Below are positions 19,756-29,621 of a stretch of DNA of 64,000 nt, piece by piece. Within the stretch, counting starts at the first letter, position 1. Every line of letters starts with the position of its first letter. The stretch comes from Coraliomargaritaceae bacterium (GTDB lineage Bacteria > Verrucomicrobiota > Verrucomicrobiia > Opitutales > Coraliomargaritaceae): assembly GCA_965656495.1 (NCBI GenBank), contig CBFHKU010000002.1, positions 32,001 through 96,000 on the forward strand, read 5' to 3'. The notes beneath the pieces were generated by a model, which was not told the DNA's origin, made no database searches, and saw only the letters and a list, made by a program, of their open reading frames with translations. The position numbers and the translations under genes were made by a program.

Positions 19756-21117
19756 TTAGGAATCGTTTGCAGGGGTAGTATTGTGGGATTGAATGCGCGC
19801 TTTCAAGGCACGCAACTGTTCCATGCGTTTTGCGGTGGCGGCCTCCGCTCCGGCGTCACCGGGTTGGTAAAATTCTCGGGGCTCCAACATATAGTCCTGC
19901 CCGGAGATGCCCTCGGGGAAATCATGGCTGTACAGATAGCCCTCGCCGTTGCCTAGGGCGCGACTGGTTTTATTGTGGGCATCGCGCAGCCAGGCGGGCA
20001 CGGCCTGCACCGGATCCTTGCGGAGGGCTTTTTTGACCGCGGCAATAGCGCGGGTGGTGGAATTGCTCTTTGGCGAAGTGGCGAGGAAGAGGACCGCGTG
20101 GGCGAGGTTGTATTCACATTCCGGGAGCCCCACCTTTTCGCATGCTTCAAAGGCCGCCACTGCGACGGTCAGGGCATGTGAGTTGGCAAGCCCGATGTCC
20201 TCCGAAGCAAGAATGACGAGTCGGCGCGCGAGGAAACGGGGATCTTCCCCACCCTCCAACATTTTGAAGGTCCAATAAAGCGCGGCATCCGGGTCGGAAC
20301 CGCGAATGCTTTTGATCATGGCAGAGGCGTGGTCGTAGTGCTCATCCTCGTCGCGGTCGTAGCGAATCCGGCGTTCCTTGGCGAAGGCTTCGACCGCTTC
20401 CTGCCCGATGTTGGAACCGTTGGGTTGGCTCAGCACGAGGGTTTCGAGGGCGTTGAGGGCACGTCGGAGATCCCCACCGGCAAATTCCGCCAGCGCCTTG
20501 AAAACTTCCGGATCGGCTTCGCAATTATGAGCGCCCAGTCCCCGCTCCGTCTCGCGCATCGCTTTTTGCAGCACCTCCGCCACCGCATCGGCGTTGACGG
20601 GTTCGAGGCGAAAGAGATGACTGCGGCTCAGGAGCGGCGGGTTCACATAAAAACCGGGATTGTGGGTGGTAGCACCAATCAGTCGAATATTGCCCGCCTC
20701 GACGTCGGGCAGGAGCAGGTCTTGCTGTGATTTATTGAAACGGTGGATTTCATCAATAAAAAGAATGGTGCGGCGCTCCGGCGAATAGCGTGCGAGGCGC
20801 AAGAGCTCCCGTAATTCCGCGACATTTGAAAGCACCGCATTGAGTCGCACGAAATGGCTTTTGGTTTCCTCGGCAATGACTTCCGCCAGGGAGGTCTTTC
20901 CGCAACCGGGCGGCCCATAAAAAATCAAACTCCCGAAATTATCGGCCTTTACGAGGCGCGGCAGGAGGCAATCGGATGCAAGGAGATGCTCCTGCCCCAG
21001 CACCTCGCTGAGATCGCGGGGTCGCATGCGAACCGCGAGGGGGCGGTGCGTCGATACGGGTGATGCCTCGGGGGAATCCGACTTAAAAAGCCCCGCCTGT
21101 TGAGAGTCGTCCGGCAT
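19756..21117 (-). CDS. rarA: Replication-associated recombination protein A (RarA/MgsA)
   Basis: [55 protein letters not shown]. Confidence 0.95.
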   Translation of the reverse strand: MPDDSQQAGLFKSDSPEASPVSTHRPLAVRMRPRDLSEVLGQEHLLASDCLLPRLVKADNFGSLIFYGPPGCGKTSLAEVIAEETKSHFVRLNAVLSNVAELRELLRLARYSPERRTILFIDEIHRFNKSQQDLLLPDVEAGNIRLIGATTHNPGFYVNPPLLSRSHLFRLEPVNADAVAEVLQKAMRETERGLGAHNCEADPEVFKALAEFAGGDLRRALNALETLVLSQPNGSNIGQEAVEAFAKERRIRYDRDEDEHYDHASAMIKSIRGSDPDAALYWTFKMLEGGEDPRFLARRLVILASEDIGLANSHALTVAVAAFEACEKVGLPECEYNLAHAVLFLATSPKSNSTTRAIAAVKKALRKDPVQAVPAWLRDAHNKTSRALGNGEGYLYSHDFPEGISGQDYMLEPREFYQPGDAGAEAATAKRMEQLRALKARIQSHNTTPANDS

Positions 21118-21188
21118 TGCACAAAAATCACCTGCTGAGCGGAAACTTGCAAGACGGAAGCCGTCCCGCAATAATTGAACTACTGGCA

Positions 21189-22844
21189 ATGCGAAATCAT
21201 CTGGCATCGGCAAACCGGGCTCCGCTCGCTTATTTACTGTGTAGCCTTATCGCAGGTCTGTTGCTCGCGCGGATCGCCAGCATTGAGGGTCTTCCGATGG
21301 GACTGCTCGGTCTGGTCGGCGCGGTGGGTTCGGTCCTGCTGTCGCAGCGGAAAGGATGGGCATTGTGGCTATGGGGACCGGTCTTTCTGCTTTCAGGCAC
21401 GGTGGTTTTTTGCAGTTACGGCTTGCTACGCCTGCCACCGGCTCTCGATGGAGCGGCTCTCAATCAAACTCCCAGAGAAGCGCGCCTTAAGATGCAACTC
21501 ATCCGGGTTTTTAACAACAAGGCCGCACCGGGCGACAAGGTCAGTGGCATAGCGCAAGTGCTTCCCGGCCCCGCTTACCGCCATATCGAGCCCGGAGCAC
21601 GTGTTTATTTTAACCTGCAAGCCGGAGCAGAAGCTGCACCGCAACTTCACAAGGGCGTGCAAATCGAAAGCGTCGGCGTGCTTCGCACCCTGCCTGATAC
21701 CCAAGCATCGGGCTTTAATCGATATTTGTTGAATAGTGGAGTTTATTATCGGTTCAGCCAAAATGCCTCATTGCGCATCACGCGACCAGCGGGTGCCTTT
21801 AGGAGCTTTTGCATCCGGCAAAATGAGCGCTTCCAAAAAATCCTGAACTCCGGCGCCGAGGGAGTGGCGGATCAGGCACGCGTCTACACCGCGATGCTTC
21901 TGGGCGCGCGCGCGGGTCTGAACCAGGACCAAAAAGATCGTTATCAGGCAAGCGGCGCGATGCATCTATTTGCGATCAGCGGCTTACATATTGGCGTCAT
22001 TGCCACCGCGCTTGCCTCCTGCCTCCGGCTGATCCGCATCCCGAATCAATTGGCGCCCTTCCTCGGACTGCCCCTGCTTTATCTCTATGTCGAAATTACC
22101 GGTGGAACTCCCTCCGCGATGCGTGCCTTCCTGATGACCCTTTTCTTTTGGACGGCCTATACTTTTCAGCGCCAGCGTAACCCCTTTGCGGCATTGATGG
22201 CCTCCGCGCTTGGGGTCTTGTTGATTGACCCACTACAGCTTTGGAGTCTGGGGTTCCAACTCTCCTATGCGGTGGTTGCCAGTATTCTGCTGCTGGGCCT
22301 GCCGCTCCAAGGGGTACTGACTCGCTGGGCGCGACCCTTTCGCTGGTTGCCGGAAAACGACTGGACCCGCGGGCAACGTATCTTGCAACGCAGCATTGAT
22401 TGTTTTCTGCTCTTATTTTCAATCAGTTTTTCGGCATGGCTTGCCAGTATTCCCCTGAGCTTGGGGCACTTCGGATATCTCAGTCTACCGGCAGTCTTTA
22501 TCAATATGCTACTCGTCAACATGGCTGCCCTTGTTATCTGTACCGGTTGTCTTTCACTGGCGAGTGGGCTGCTCCTGTGGACAGGCTTGGCGGCATTTTT
22601 CAATCATGCCGCCTGGCTGGTGATCACCTGCATGGACGCTCTATCCGGATGGATTGCAGCGATTCCCGGCGCGGTGCTTGAATCAAAGGACTTTCCCCTG
22701 CCTTTATCCTACAGTGCGCTGCTGGTATATTTCGCCTGTTTAATTTTAGTAAACCGCAAACCCGCGCAGCTCAATGCCGCACGGCTTGCGGCTGCTCCGG
22801 CATTACTCGGCCTGCTCGTGGTTGGAGCTTTCCTGTGGGCATAA
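21189..22844 (+). CDS. comEC: ComEC/Rec2 competence family membrane protein (no C-terminal MBL domain)
   Basis: AMLLG, GAMHLFAISGLHIG, PSAMRAFLM, GFQLSY. Confidence 0.9.
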   Translation: MRNHLASANRAPLAYLLCSLIAGLLLARIASIEGLPMGLLGLVGAVGSVLLSQRKGWALWLWGPVFLLSGTVVFCSYGLLRLPPALDGAALNQTPREARLKMQLIRVFNNKAAPGDKVSGIAQVLPGPAYRHIEPGARVYFNLQAGAEAAPQLHKGVQIESVGVLRTLPDTQASGFNRYLLNSGVYYRFSQNASLRITRPAGAFRSFCIRQNERFQKILNSGAEGVADQARVYTAMLLGARAGLNQDQKDRYQASGAMHLFAISGLHIGVIATALASCLRLIRIPNQLAPFLGLPLLYLYVEITGGTPSAMRAFLMTLFFWTAYTFQRQRNPFAALMASALGVLLIDPLQLWSLGFQLSYAVVASILLLGLPLQGVLTRWARPFRWLPENDWTRGQRILQRSIDCFLLLFSISFSAWLASIPLSLGHFGYLSLPAVFINMLLVNMAALVICTGCLSLASGLLLWTGLAAFFNHAAWLVITCMDALSGWIAAIPGAVLESKDFPLPLSYSALLVYFACLILVNRKPAQLNAARLAAAPALLGLLVVGAFLWA

Positions 22845-22878
22845 AAAACCTGCCGGCGAACACATCGCGAGGCAGGTT
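22843..22878 (-). terminator. Intrinsic terminator after rpmE2
   Basis: AACCTGCC...GGCAGGTT stem followed by a T-run on the minus strand. Confidence 0.65.
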
Positions 22879-22897
22879 GGTAAAGGAAGTAGCCGAA

Positions 22898-23143
22898 CTA
22901 GCGGCGGCGGCGGAACTTCGATTGGAACTTCTCAACGCGGCCTGCGGTGTCGACAAAACGCTTCTCGCCGGTGAAGGCGGGGTGCGAATCGGCGGTGATA
23001 TCGCAAATCACAACCTGATGCTCGACACCATCAATGGTTTCGGTCTTGCTGCCGCGCATCGTCGAGCGGGTCAGGAATTTTGTGCCGGAGGACACGTCCA
23101 CAAAAGCCACCGGATTTAATTTGGGATGTATATCAGTTTTCAC
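22898..23143 (-). CDS. rpmE2: 50S ribosomal protein L31 type B (Zn-independent)
   Basis: GTG start, KTDIHP, FLTRST, SHPAFTG, VDTAGRVEKF; no CxxC pairs. Confidence 0.93.
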   Translation of the reverse strand: MKTDIHPKLNPVAFVDVSSGTKFLTRSTMRGSKTETIDGVEHQVVICDITADSHPAFTGEKRFVDTAGRVEKFQSKFRRRR

Positions 23144-23165
23144 GGAAATAAATGCTGGGGCGTGC

Positions 23166-23291
23166 CTAACCCTGACGGGCTTTGAAACGCGGGTTAGTTT
23201 TGCAAATGACGTAGACACGGCCCTTGCGACGTACAACTTGGCAGTCGGGATGGCGGTCTTTGAGAGACTTGAGTGATGAAACAACTTTCAT
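23166..23291 (-). CDS. ykgO: 50S ribosomal protein L36 type B (YkgO), 41 aa, below the ORF-track cutoff
   Basis: Manual translation: [41 protein letters not shown]. Confidence 0.95.
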   Translation of the reverse strand: MKVVSSLKSLKDRHPDCQVVRRKGRVYVICKTNPRFKARQG

Positions 23292-23380
23292 AGCTACAAT
23301 GAATTAAGAGAACGGCAGAGCAAACGCGGGCGCGTTCTCCTTGTCAATGGAAAATCCCTTCTTTTTAACGGTAAATCCCC

Positions 23381-23956
23381 TCAATTATTGGAGAGATCTT
23401 CCGGTTCATCCGCCCATAAAGCCAGTTCAGGGCTGACTTCCAGCAAGAGTTTACGCCAAAGGGGGTCTCCGGTCGCTTGACCGACATATGGCTTTAACTG
23501 GCTTAAAATCCATGAATCAGTGCTAAGTTCGTTCTCCAGTTGGTTTTCGCTCCATCCCGAATAACCCATGAAAGCCCGCAATTCATAGGCTGGATCCTCC
23601 ACTTTAATTTGAGCGGCCTTGGCTTCATCCATCCCGAAATAGAGCTTAAAGGCGCCCTGCTCCGCCTCGTATTTCCAGGCGGCAAGGATGGCCTGATCCG
23701 AGGAAACGGGCCCGCCGCGGTAAAGCGGGACCTCCGCCAGCGCGGAGCCTGCGAGCTCGGGTTTTATATCAACGAGTTTCCGGCTCAAGGGACGATTCAA
23801 GACAACGCCGAGTGCACCGTCACTGGGAGTGTGCGCAGTCAGGAGAATGACGGAGCGCGTAAAATTCGGATCCTGTAATTCCGGATGCGCCAACAAGAGC
23901 GAGCCGACCATCGCCTCGTTTGTTGCTCTTTCACTGAAATTTGAATTTAAACGCAT
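23381..23956 (-). CDS. YqgE/AlgH family protein
   Basis: LLLAHPELQDPNFTRSVILL, GALGVVLNRP, GGPV, GYSGW...QLENEL...SW. Confidence 0.92.
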   Translation of the reverse strand: MRLNSNFSERATNEAMVGSLLLAHPELQDPNFTRSVILLTAHTPSDGALGVVLNRPLSRKLVDIKPELAGSALAEVPLYRGGPVSSDQAILAAWKYEAEQGAFKLYFGMDEAKAAQIKVEDPAYELRAFMGYSGWSENQLENELSTDSWILSQLKPYVGQATGDPLWRKLLLEVSPELALWADEPEDLSNN

Positions 23957-23960
23957 GCTT

Positions 23961-24467
23961 CTAAAGTTGGGTCACTTTAACTCCCGCTTCATCGAGAAGC
24001 GCTGGAACCAAGGGGTCATTGCGATAGTCGTGGTAGTATTTAACGGTGCGAACACCCGCCGCCGCGAGAATTTTCGCACAGTTCACACAGGGATAATGCG
24101 TCACATACGCAACTGCGCCCTCCAGGGAAACTCCGCGTCGCGCCGCATCACTGATGGCGTTTTGTTCGGCATGAACGGTCGCTTGCTCATGACCGTCGCG
24201 CATGTGCGAGACGTGTTCGGACCCGGCGAGGAAACCATTGTAACCGGCCGCAATAACGCGATTTTTATGCGCACCTGCCGATACGATGACACAACCGACA
24301 TGCAAACGTTCACAACTTGAACGCGAAGCCATGAGCATCGCGGTCGCCATAAAATACGCATCCCAACTCGGTCGCTCCTTCCATGAGTCCGTCAATTTCC
24401 CGACGCTTTCAAGCATGTCGGCGTCCTTGCGCTCCAGTGATACAAATTGCTTTGGGTCTTCCGGCAT
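23961..24467 (-). CDS. dCMP deaminase (ComEB-like)
   Basis: RPSWDAYFM, GYNG, HAEQNAI, PCVNCAK, YRND. Confidence 0.92.
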   Translation of the reverse strand: MPEDPKQFVSLERKDADMLESVGKLTDSWKERPSWDAYFMATAMLMASRSSCERLHVGCVIVSAGAHKNRVIAAGYNGFLAGSEHVSHMRDGHEQATVHAEQNAISDAARRGVSLEGAVAYVTHYPCVNCAKILAAAGVRTVKYYHDYRNDPLVPALLDEAGVKVTQL

Positions 24468-24488
24468 ATCAGCTCATTATTTGCAGCC

Positions 24489-25244
24489 TCATGGGTAAAC
24501 GACAACCTCCGAATACCCCACGGGGAGTTGCGCAAGTACTTCCGGTGAGCTCAACCATGCCCGTGCGGCGCGATCAAATGCCACCAGTCCCGATCCCCCA
24601 GCCTGCCGGGGTAGCCCAAGCAGCACGCGGCTTTTGTTGATATTGATGTAAAACGTGACGGGATTGACGAGTACACTAACGGGATCGAAATCAGGCAGCA
24701 TCGGCAACGGCTGCCAGTTGGAATCCGCGCTACGATAGTAGGCCGTGGGAGTCGCATCGTCAAAAGGCTCCATTGTTTCGGGTAATTCCAAATTACCCCC
24801 ATACAATTTCACGAATCTCGAACCAAGCATATCGCGCGGTGATTCCACCAATCCCGGAACAGGCTCCAGGGCAGCGGCCGCAGACATCTGGCTCAAGAGA
24901 TCGAGGCGAGGTTCAAAGTCTTTCAAAGCTGCCGGAATCGCCAAGGGCTCCCCAACCTGTTTTTGCTGTACGGCATTCCAAGGAGTGGGAATAAAAATTG
25001 GCGCGGTATCAAACAACAACGCCTGCTCGCTTGTGGCATCGTATTCCGAAACTTCCTGCAGAGGAACAAATCGTAGAAAGGGATCCCTTTGCGCCGACTC
25101 TGAATTTTTGATTCCGGGAAGACCCGCAAAAAAGAACAGTAATGTTTGCAACGCAACAAATCCCACGAACAAAAGCTGCACTGCCAGCGGCCAGGAACGC
25201 CAACTCGCGATATATTCGCGCAAGCTATGCTGGATGCGTTTCAT
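24489..25244 (-). CDS. Hypothetical single-TM periplasmic protein, possible TonB/TolA-like partner
   Basis: N-terminal TM, Pro-rich linker, C-terminal GSG...FDRAARAWL resembling TonB_C; directly follows exbB-exbD. Confidence 0.5.
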   Translation of the reverse strand: MKRIQHSLREYIASWRSWPLAVQLLFVGFVALQTLLFFFAGLPGIKNSESAQRDPFLRFVPLQEVSEYDATSEQALLFDTAPIFIPTPWNAVQQKQVGEPLAIPAALKDFEPRLDLLSQMSAAAALEPVPGLVESPRDMLGSRFVKLYGGNLELPETMEPFDDATPTAYYRSADSNWQPLPMLPDFDPVSVLVNPVTFYININKSRVLLGLPRQAGGSGLVAFDRAARAWLSSPEVLAQLPVGYSEVVVYP

Positions 25245-25247
25245 AAA

Positions 25248-25793
25248 TCAAGGCGTCAGAAAATTATAGTCGTCAACTGATTCCGTTTCATTCGGTTCAA
25301 GCCCATCGCTCTTGGATTTCGGGCGCTTCGCAGCAAGGTGAACTTGCGAGAAACCTGCATCCTGTGCCATCGCGCTGATATCCAAAAGGGATGCGATGGG
25401 CAACCGCTCCCCAGCCTTTAAAAGAAGCACAAGGTCATCCTCTTTTTTCCGGGCAACGCGCTCCTGAAAAGCATTTGATATGGTATCGACCTGATACACC
25501 CCCCCATCAAAAAGCAACATACCCTCATTCTGGACGGTAAGCACTGCGACCGCAGTGGCAGAGGGCGGCATTCGCAAGTCCGTCTGCGGCAACTCAAGAC
25601 GCACGCCGGGTGTCATTACCATTCGCGAAAAGAGCAGACTAAAGAGCAGTGCAATCGTAAGCAGATCCAACAAGGGCAAAGTGTCGAGACCCACACGCGG
25701 AGCCTTCAAGCTTGCGCCCAAATTAAACCCGCGAAAGCCCGCCCTTGCTTCCGGTGAAGCGGTCTCTGCATTCGATGTCCCTTTATGATTCAT
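25248..25793 (-). CDS. ExbD/TolR family protein
   Basis: TM with conserved Asp (PLLDLLTIALLF), VRLELP, LLLKAG, AGFSQV.LA. Confidence 0.85.
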   Translation of the reverse strand: MNHKGTSNAETASPEARAGFRGFNLGASLKAPRVGLDTLPLLDLLTIALLFSLLFSRMVMTPGVRLELPQTDLRMPPSATAVAVLTVQNEGMLLFDGGVYQVDTISNAFQERVARKKEDDLVLLLKAGERLPIASLLDISAMAQDAGFSQVHLAAKRPKSKSDGLEPNETESVDDYNFLTP

Positions 25794-26437
25794 CCCTTAT
25801 CCTCCTCCTCTGCATCCGCCTGAAGCTCCGTATTGGTAAGGAATTCGTTAATTGCGTGCGCCACCCGCTCGATCTCAAAAACCAGCGCTCGAACACGCCC
25901 ATAAAGAAAGTGGTAACCGAGAGCCGCGAGCGCGGCGATGCCCAAACCAACCGCTGAACTGATGATGGCCTGCGCGAGTGATTGCATAAAATAAGCGCTC
26001 TCGGCATTCGCTGCCTCCAAGCTTACGAGCGCTTGAAAGGCGGCAATCAGGGTACCGATAAAACCAATGAGCGGCGCAATGCGGGCAATCGCCGAAAGGC
26101 TCCCGATGCGCCGTTCCAGAATCGGCACCTCAATAAGCGCTGCTGACTCAATCGCGGACCGAATACGCGCATCACTCGCGCCGTATTGCAAAAGCGCGGA
26201 TTTCACGACCCGTGCCAAAGGACCCGGGGTTTCCTCACATAGAGTCATTGCCTCGACCAGACGCTTCTTCTTAACGAGATTTTTTATTCCAGCAAGGAAG
26301 TCCAGGGAATGGATTTGGCCTTTGTGCAAAAACAAGGCACGCTCAATAAAAATGAGGACTGCAATAATGCTAAGCACAAATAAGGGGTAGAGAGTATAGC
26401 CGCCCTGCTGAATTAGGGTATTGCCGAAAAGATCCAT
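25790..26437 (-). CDS. MotA/TolQ/ExbB proton channel family protein
   Basis: GG...YPL, LSAIARIAPLIGFIGT, LAQAIISSAVGLGIA. Confidence 0.9.
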   Translation of the reverse strand: MDLFGNTLIQQGGYTLYPLFVLSIIAVLIFIERALFLHKGQIHSLDFLAGIKNLVKKKRLVEAMTLCEETPGPLARVVKSALLQYGASDARIRSAIESAALIEVPILERRIGSLSAIARIAPLIGFIGTLIAAFQALVSLEAANAESAYFMQSLAQAIISSAVGLGIAALAALGYHFLYGRVRALVFEIERVAHAINEFLTNTELQADAEEEDKG

Positions 26438-26456
26438 AGTCAGGTGAAGTGGGGTG

Positions 26457-29045
26457 TTAGTTATTGGTGATTCGAATTGAATTGATGCGGGATTGGGCAA
26501 GGCCCCGACCCGGTAAATTATAGGCAATCAGTTTGCGATAGACTGTTTTTGCTTCGGAAAAATCCCCGCGCGCGCTCAAACGCTCACCCAAATCCAACAA
26601 GGAACGCGCCGCCCAATAACGTCCGGTTGAATCCAACAAAGAGGCAAGCTTTACATCAAGTAAGTTACGCGCCACGCTATCCGACAAAACCACCCTAGCG
26701 CGGTCATGCAAGCCCTGCTCTTCCAACGCAAAGGCCCATTTATACATGGCCTCAACCCGGAAATTCAAATCCAAGTCCGGCATGTCCACCAAACGCTCAA
26801 GCACTGAAGCTGCTTGGGCTAATTTTGCCGCATCCTGTTTCGCGAGTGCCAACATACACTGCGCCCGGGCCAACTCCGCCATTGGACGCATCGGATGAAC
26901 CGGGTCGCTGTTGACAAGCGTCTCATAAACAAGCCGCGCTCCGGCAAAATCATTCAACAAACGCAAGAGGTCGCCCTGTCGCATGCGTGCCCGGTATAGG
27001 AGCGCGTCTTCAGGAAAACGTTCTGCCAGCCGCTCGTACAACTCAATCGCCTCAACGTAAAAGTCCAGACCCCGCCGCTCGCAGATCAATGCACCCTCAA
27101 AAATGGACTGAGCCGCCAGAGGACTCTTCGGGTAGTCCTCCGCAAGCTGCAACATGACAGCCTGAGCTTCCAGCAGCTGACCAAGCTGTTCCAACTCCGA
27201 AGCTTCCAATAAATAGGAACGTTGCGCCGCCATGGAACCCTCGTATTCGGTGCGCAAGGCATCCAAAACAAGCGCCGCTTCATCAGCGGCTTCCTGCCGG
27301 TAGTGTACTCTCGCTTTTAAGAGTAAAAATTCTGCTGCCAATGTATCTAATTCGCCGCTTGCTGACTTCGAGCCTGCGACGGCTGCTGCATGCCGTTCCA
27401 AGAGTGAGTTTACTTGCCCCATCGCATCTGCCATCGATTCTCCAAGCTCAAGTGCCAAGGATAATTCAAGCCAGTGCATTCGCAGATTGAGCATAGATGA
27501 CACTTGCTCCTCACTCCCGAGCAAGGAGCGAACCCGTCCGATTGCATCTTCAGCGCGCTGTTCTTTAATGAGTGCGTGCGCGATGTTCCACTCTGCCTGC
27601 CAACGCTTTTCAGCCCCCACCTGCTTACCGAAGGGCAAGGCATCAATATAACGCAAAGCATCCTCAAGTTTACCTATCTGAATCGATGCAATGACAAGCC
27701 GCAAGTAAATCGACTCAAGTGCCTCCGGAACCTCGTTGAGCGCGAGTGTGTAAAATTCGACAGCATTATTAAAATCCTTATTTAGAAAGTAACAGTCCCC
27801 AATAAGGACATTGAGCTCGGCGATCTCGGCTTCTTCTTCAAGGCTCGCCTGATGCTGAATAAGAAAATCTGCTGCAGTTCGGTATTGGGGCGAGGCATCA
27901 CGCAAAGCGGCAAAAGCTAAAATAAAATAGGCATCGCCGACCCGCATTAGGCCCGGGAATTTCTCCAAGAGGAGTTCCGCATCTGACTTTGCCAATTCGA
28001 GCTCGCCACGCCGCAAGGCCAATTGACTGCGCAGGTAATACATTTGGCCGATTAACGGATGTGCTTCCTTGCGTTCAAGCATCTCATTCAACAGCTCGGT
28101 AAAAATAGCACTTGCTTCGCTTTGACCGCTCAAGAGATAGAGCGCGACCTCCATAATTTCAATGGTTTGCCCGCTTCGAATCAACTCCGCCAAGGCCAGT
28201 TGACCCTCCGTTGAACTCTCTCCGAGCATCATTGCACGCAGCAAACGCAATTCTTCACGCTGTGCGAAAGTGAACCCCTGACCGTAACGCCTGAGCTGCT
28301 TGTCCAGATCCAACAAGTCGAGGGCTTCCTCAACCTCATCACTATGCCAAAGCGCAAGGGCATACTGCTTGGCATACATGAACGCCGCCGTACCCCGCGA
28401 CTTATTTAACTCCCGTTGCATATCTTTAAGCACATCCGGTTTTAAAGCGGGACCACGCAATTCTTTGCGCAGAAGGATCGTTTGTAAATTTGCCCGCTGA
28501 TAGGCATTTTGCGCTCTGGGAAGACCCTCCTTCAAATAAAGCTCCAACGCCTCCAATTCTTGCTTTTGCTCTGCGTGTAAGGCCTGCATCAGGAAATACC
28601 AATAACGCTCACTTTCGGTCAAAACAGACGCATCGATCTTCCCCAACTGCGTATCGATGTAACTCCAGTTGACTGCCCTGCCCGCGCCGTAAGCCACCTG
28701 TACCCCAAGCAAATGAAGGGAATAATCTTCCGCCCCCACTGGAATTAGATCCATTTGCCCTTTTGCGGCTTCAAATTTATCTTGAGCCAGATAGGCGCGC
28801 ACCAGCCCCGCCCGAACGCGCTTTTCATGCTCCGGCGTCAATCCGGCGTCCTCCAGTACATTGGTAAAGATTTCTGCCGCCATGACCGGCAAGCCGCTGG
28901 ACAACAAAACTTCTGCATTCGCTATGCCTCGCGCACTCGCAATCGCAGTTTTTGATGCGTCCGACTCAGTCAGTGGCACTTCAACGGCATAGCCCAAACT
29001 TGTGGAAGCGAGTACCAGGATTGTAACTGAAGCGATGCGGCGCAT
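26457..29045 (-). CDS. Large periplasmic tetratricopeptide-repeat protein
   Basis: Signal peptide; repeated TPR-like helices (GDCYF...AVEFY, LAEDYPKSPLA, LAERFPED). Confidence 0.8.
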   Translation of the reverse strand: MRRIASVTILVLASTSLGYAVEVPLTESDASKTAIASARGIANAEVLLSSGLPVMAAEIFTNVLEDAGLTPEHEKRVRAGLVRAYLAQDKFEAAKGQMDLIPVGAEDYSLHLLGVQVAYGAGRAVNWSYIDTQLGKIDASVLTESERYWYFLMQALHAEQKQELEALELYLKEGLPRAQNAYQRANLQTILLRKELRGPALKPDVLKDMQRELNKSRGTAAFMYAKQYALALWHSDEVEEALDLLDLDKQLRRYGQGFTFAQREELRLLRAMMLGESSTEGQLALAELIRSGQTIEIMEVALYLLSGQSEASAIFTELLNEMLERKEAHPLIGQMYYLRSQLALRRGELELAKSDAELLLEKFPGLMRVGDAYFILAFAALRDASPQYRTAADFLIQHQASLEEEAEIAELNVLIGDCYFLNKDFNNAVEFYTLALNEVPEALESIYLRLVIASIQIGKLEDALRYIDALPFGKQVGAEKRWQAEWNIAHALIKEQRAEDAIGRVRSLLGSEEQVSSMLNLRMHWLELSLALELGESMADAMGQVNSLLERHAAAVAGSKSASGELDTLAAEFLLLKARVHYRQEAADEAALVLDALRTEYEGSMAAQRSYLLEASELEQLGQLLEAQAVMLQLAEDYPKSPLAAQSIFEGALICERRGLDFYVEAIELYERLAERFPEDALLYRARMRQGDLLRLLNDFAGARLVYETLVNSDPVHPMRPMAELARAQCMLALAKQDAAKLAQAASVLERLVDMPDLDLNFRVEAMYKWAFALEEQGLHDRARVVLSDSVARNLLDVKLASLLDSTGRYWAARSLLDLGERLSARGDFSEAKTVYRKLIAYNLPGRGLAQSRINSIRITNN

Positions 29046-29130
29046 ATTTTGAAAAATTATTGGACTTTATCAGTTTGAACAAGTGCCCGCTTAGCTTGCA
29101 AAGTATTAAAACCCATAAAATTCAGACAAA

Positions 29131-29205
29131 TGGTGCCCCCACCGGGAATCGAACCCAGATCTGCAGTTTAGGAAACTATTGTTCTATCCGTTGAACTATG
29201 GGGAC
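29131..29205 (-). tRNA. tRNA-Arg (anticodon CCT)
   Basis: Reverse complement GTCCCCATAGTTCAACGGATAGAAC...AGT-TT-CCT-AA-ACT...GGTTCGATTCC...TGGGGGC-A-CCA. Confidence 0.93.
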
Positions 29206-29331
29206 TGATATCATGAAAATCTCTATAAATTTGGTATTTATGTCGATAACCAAGCACCGCTTCTGTTTGAAAAATAGATTTTTTTCTTGTCCCTCGCCCA
29301 AAAATCCCGCAATTTCCTCGGCTTCAACACT

Positions 29332-29529
29332 ATGAGTACCGAAAATAAAAAACCCAATCGCTCCCTCAATCCGATGGACTACACCTTTAACGATGTGGAG
29401 CAGCTCTCTCGTTTTGTGACCGAAACAGGTAAGATTTTACCGCGCAAAATAACGGGGCTTTCAGCGAAGCACCAACGTCGGATTACCAATACAATCAAGC
29501 GTGCGCGCAATATGATTACGATGAAGTAG
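29332..29529 (+). CDS. rpsR: 30S ribosomal protein S18 (Cys-less form), stand-alone
   Basis: [35 protein letters not shown]. Confidence 0.95.
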   Translation: MSTENKKPNRSLNPMDYTFNDVEQLSRFVTETGKILPRKITGLSAKHQRRITNTIKRARNMITMK

Positions 29530-29556
29530 TACCTGCCGGGCACTTCCTGATGTTCA

Positions 29557-29590
29557 GATCCTTTCCTGGCTACGCCGGAAAGGGTTTTTT
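29557..29590 (+). terminator. Intrinsic terminator after rpsR
   Basis: CCTTTCC(T)GGC-TAC-GCCGGAAAGG stem + TTTTTT. Confidence 0.7.
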
Positions 29591-29621
29591 ATACCCCAAC
29601 ACTTTTAGCTTCAATTTTAAG

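Noticed and set aside
23144..23284. 47-aa N-terminal extension of L31 in the ORF track
   Set aside because: This DNA encodes L36 type B in another frame; L31 starts at GTG 23143.
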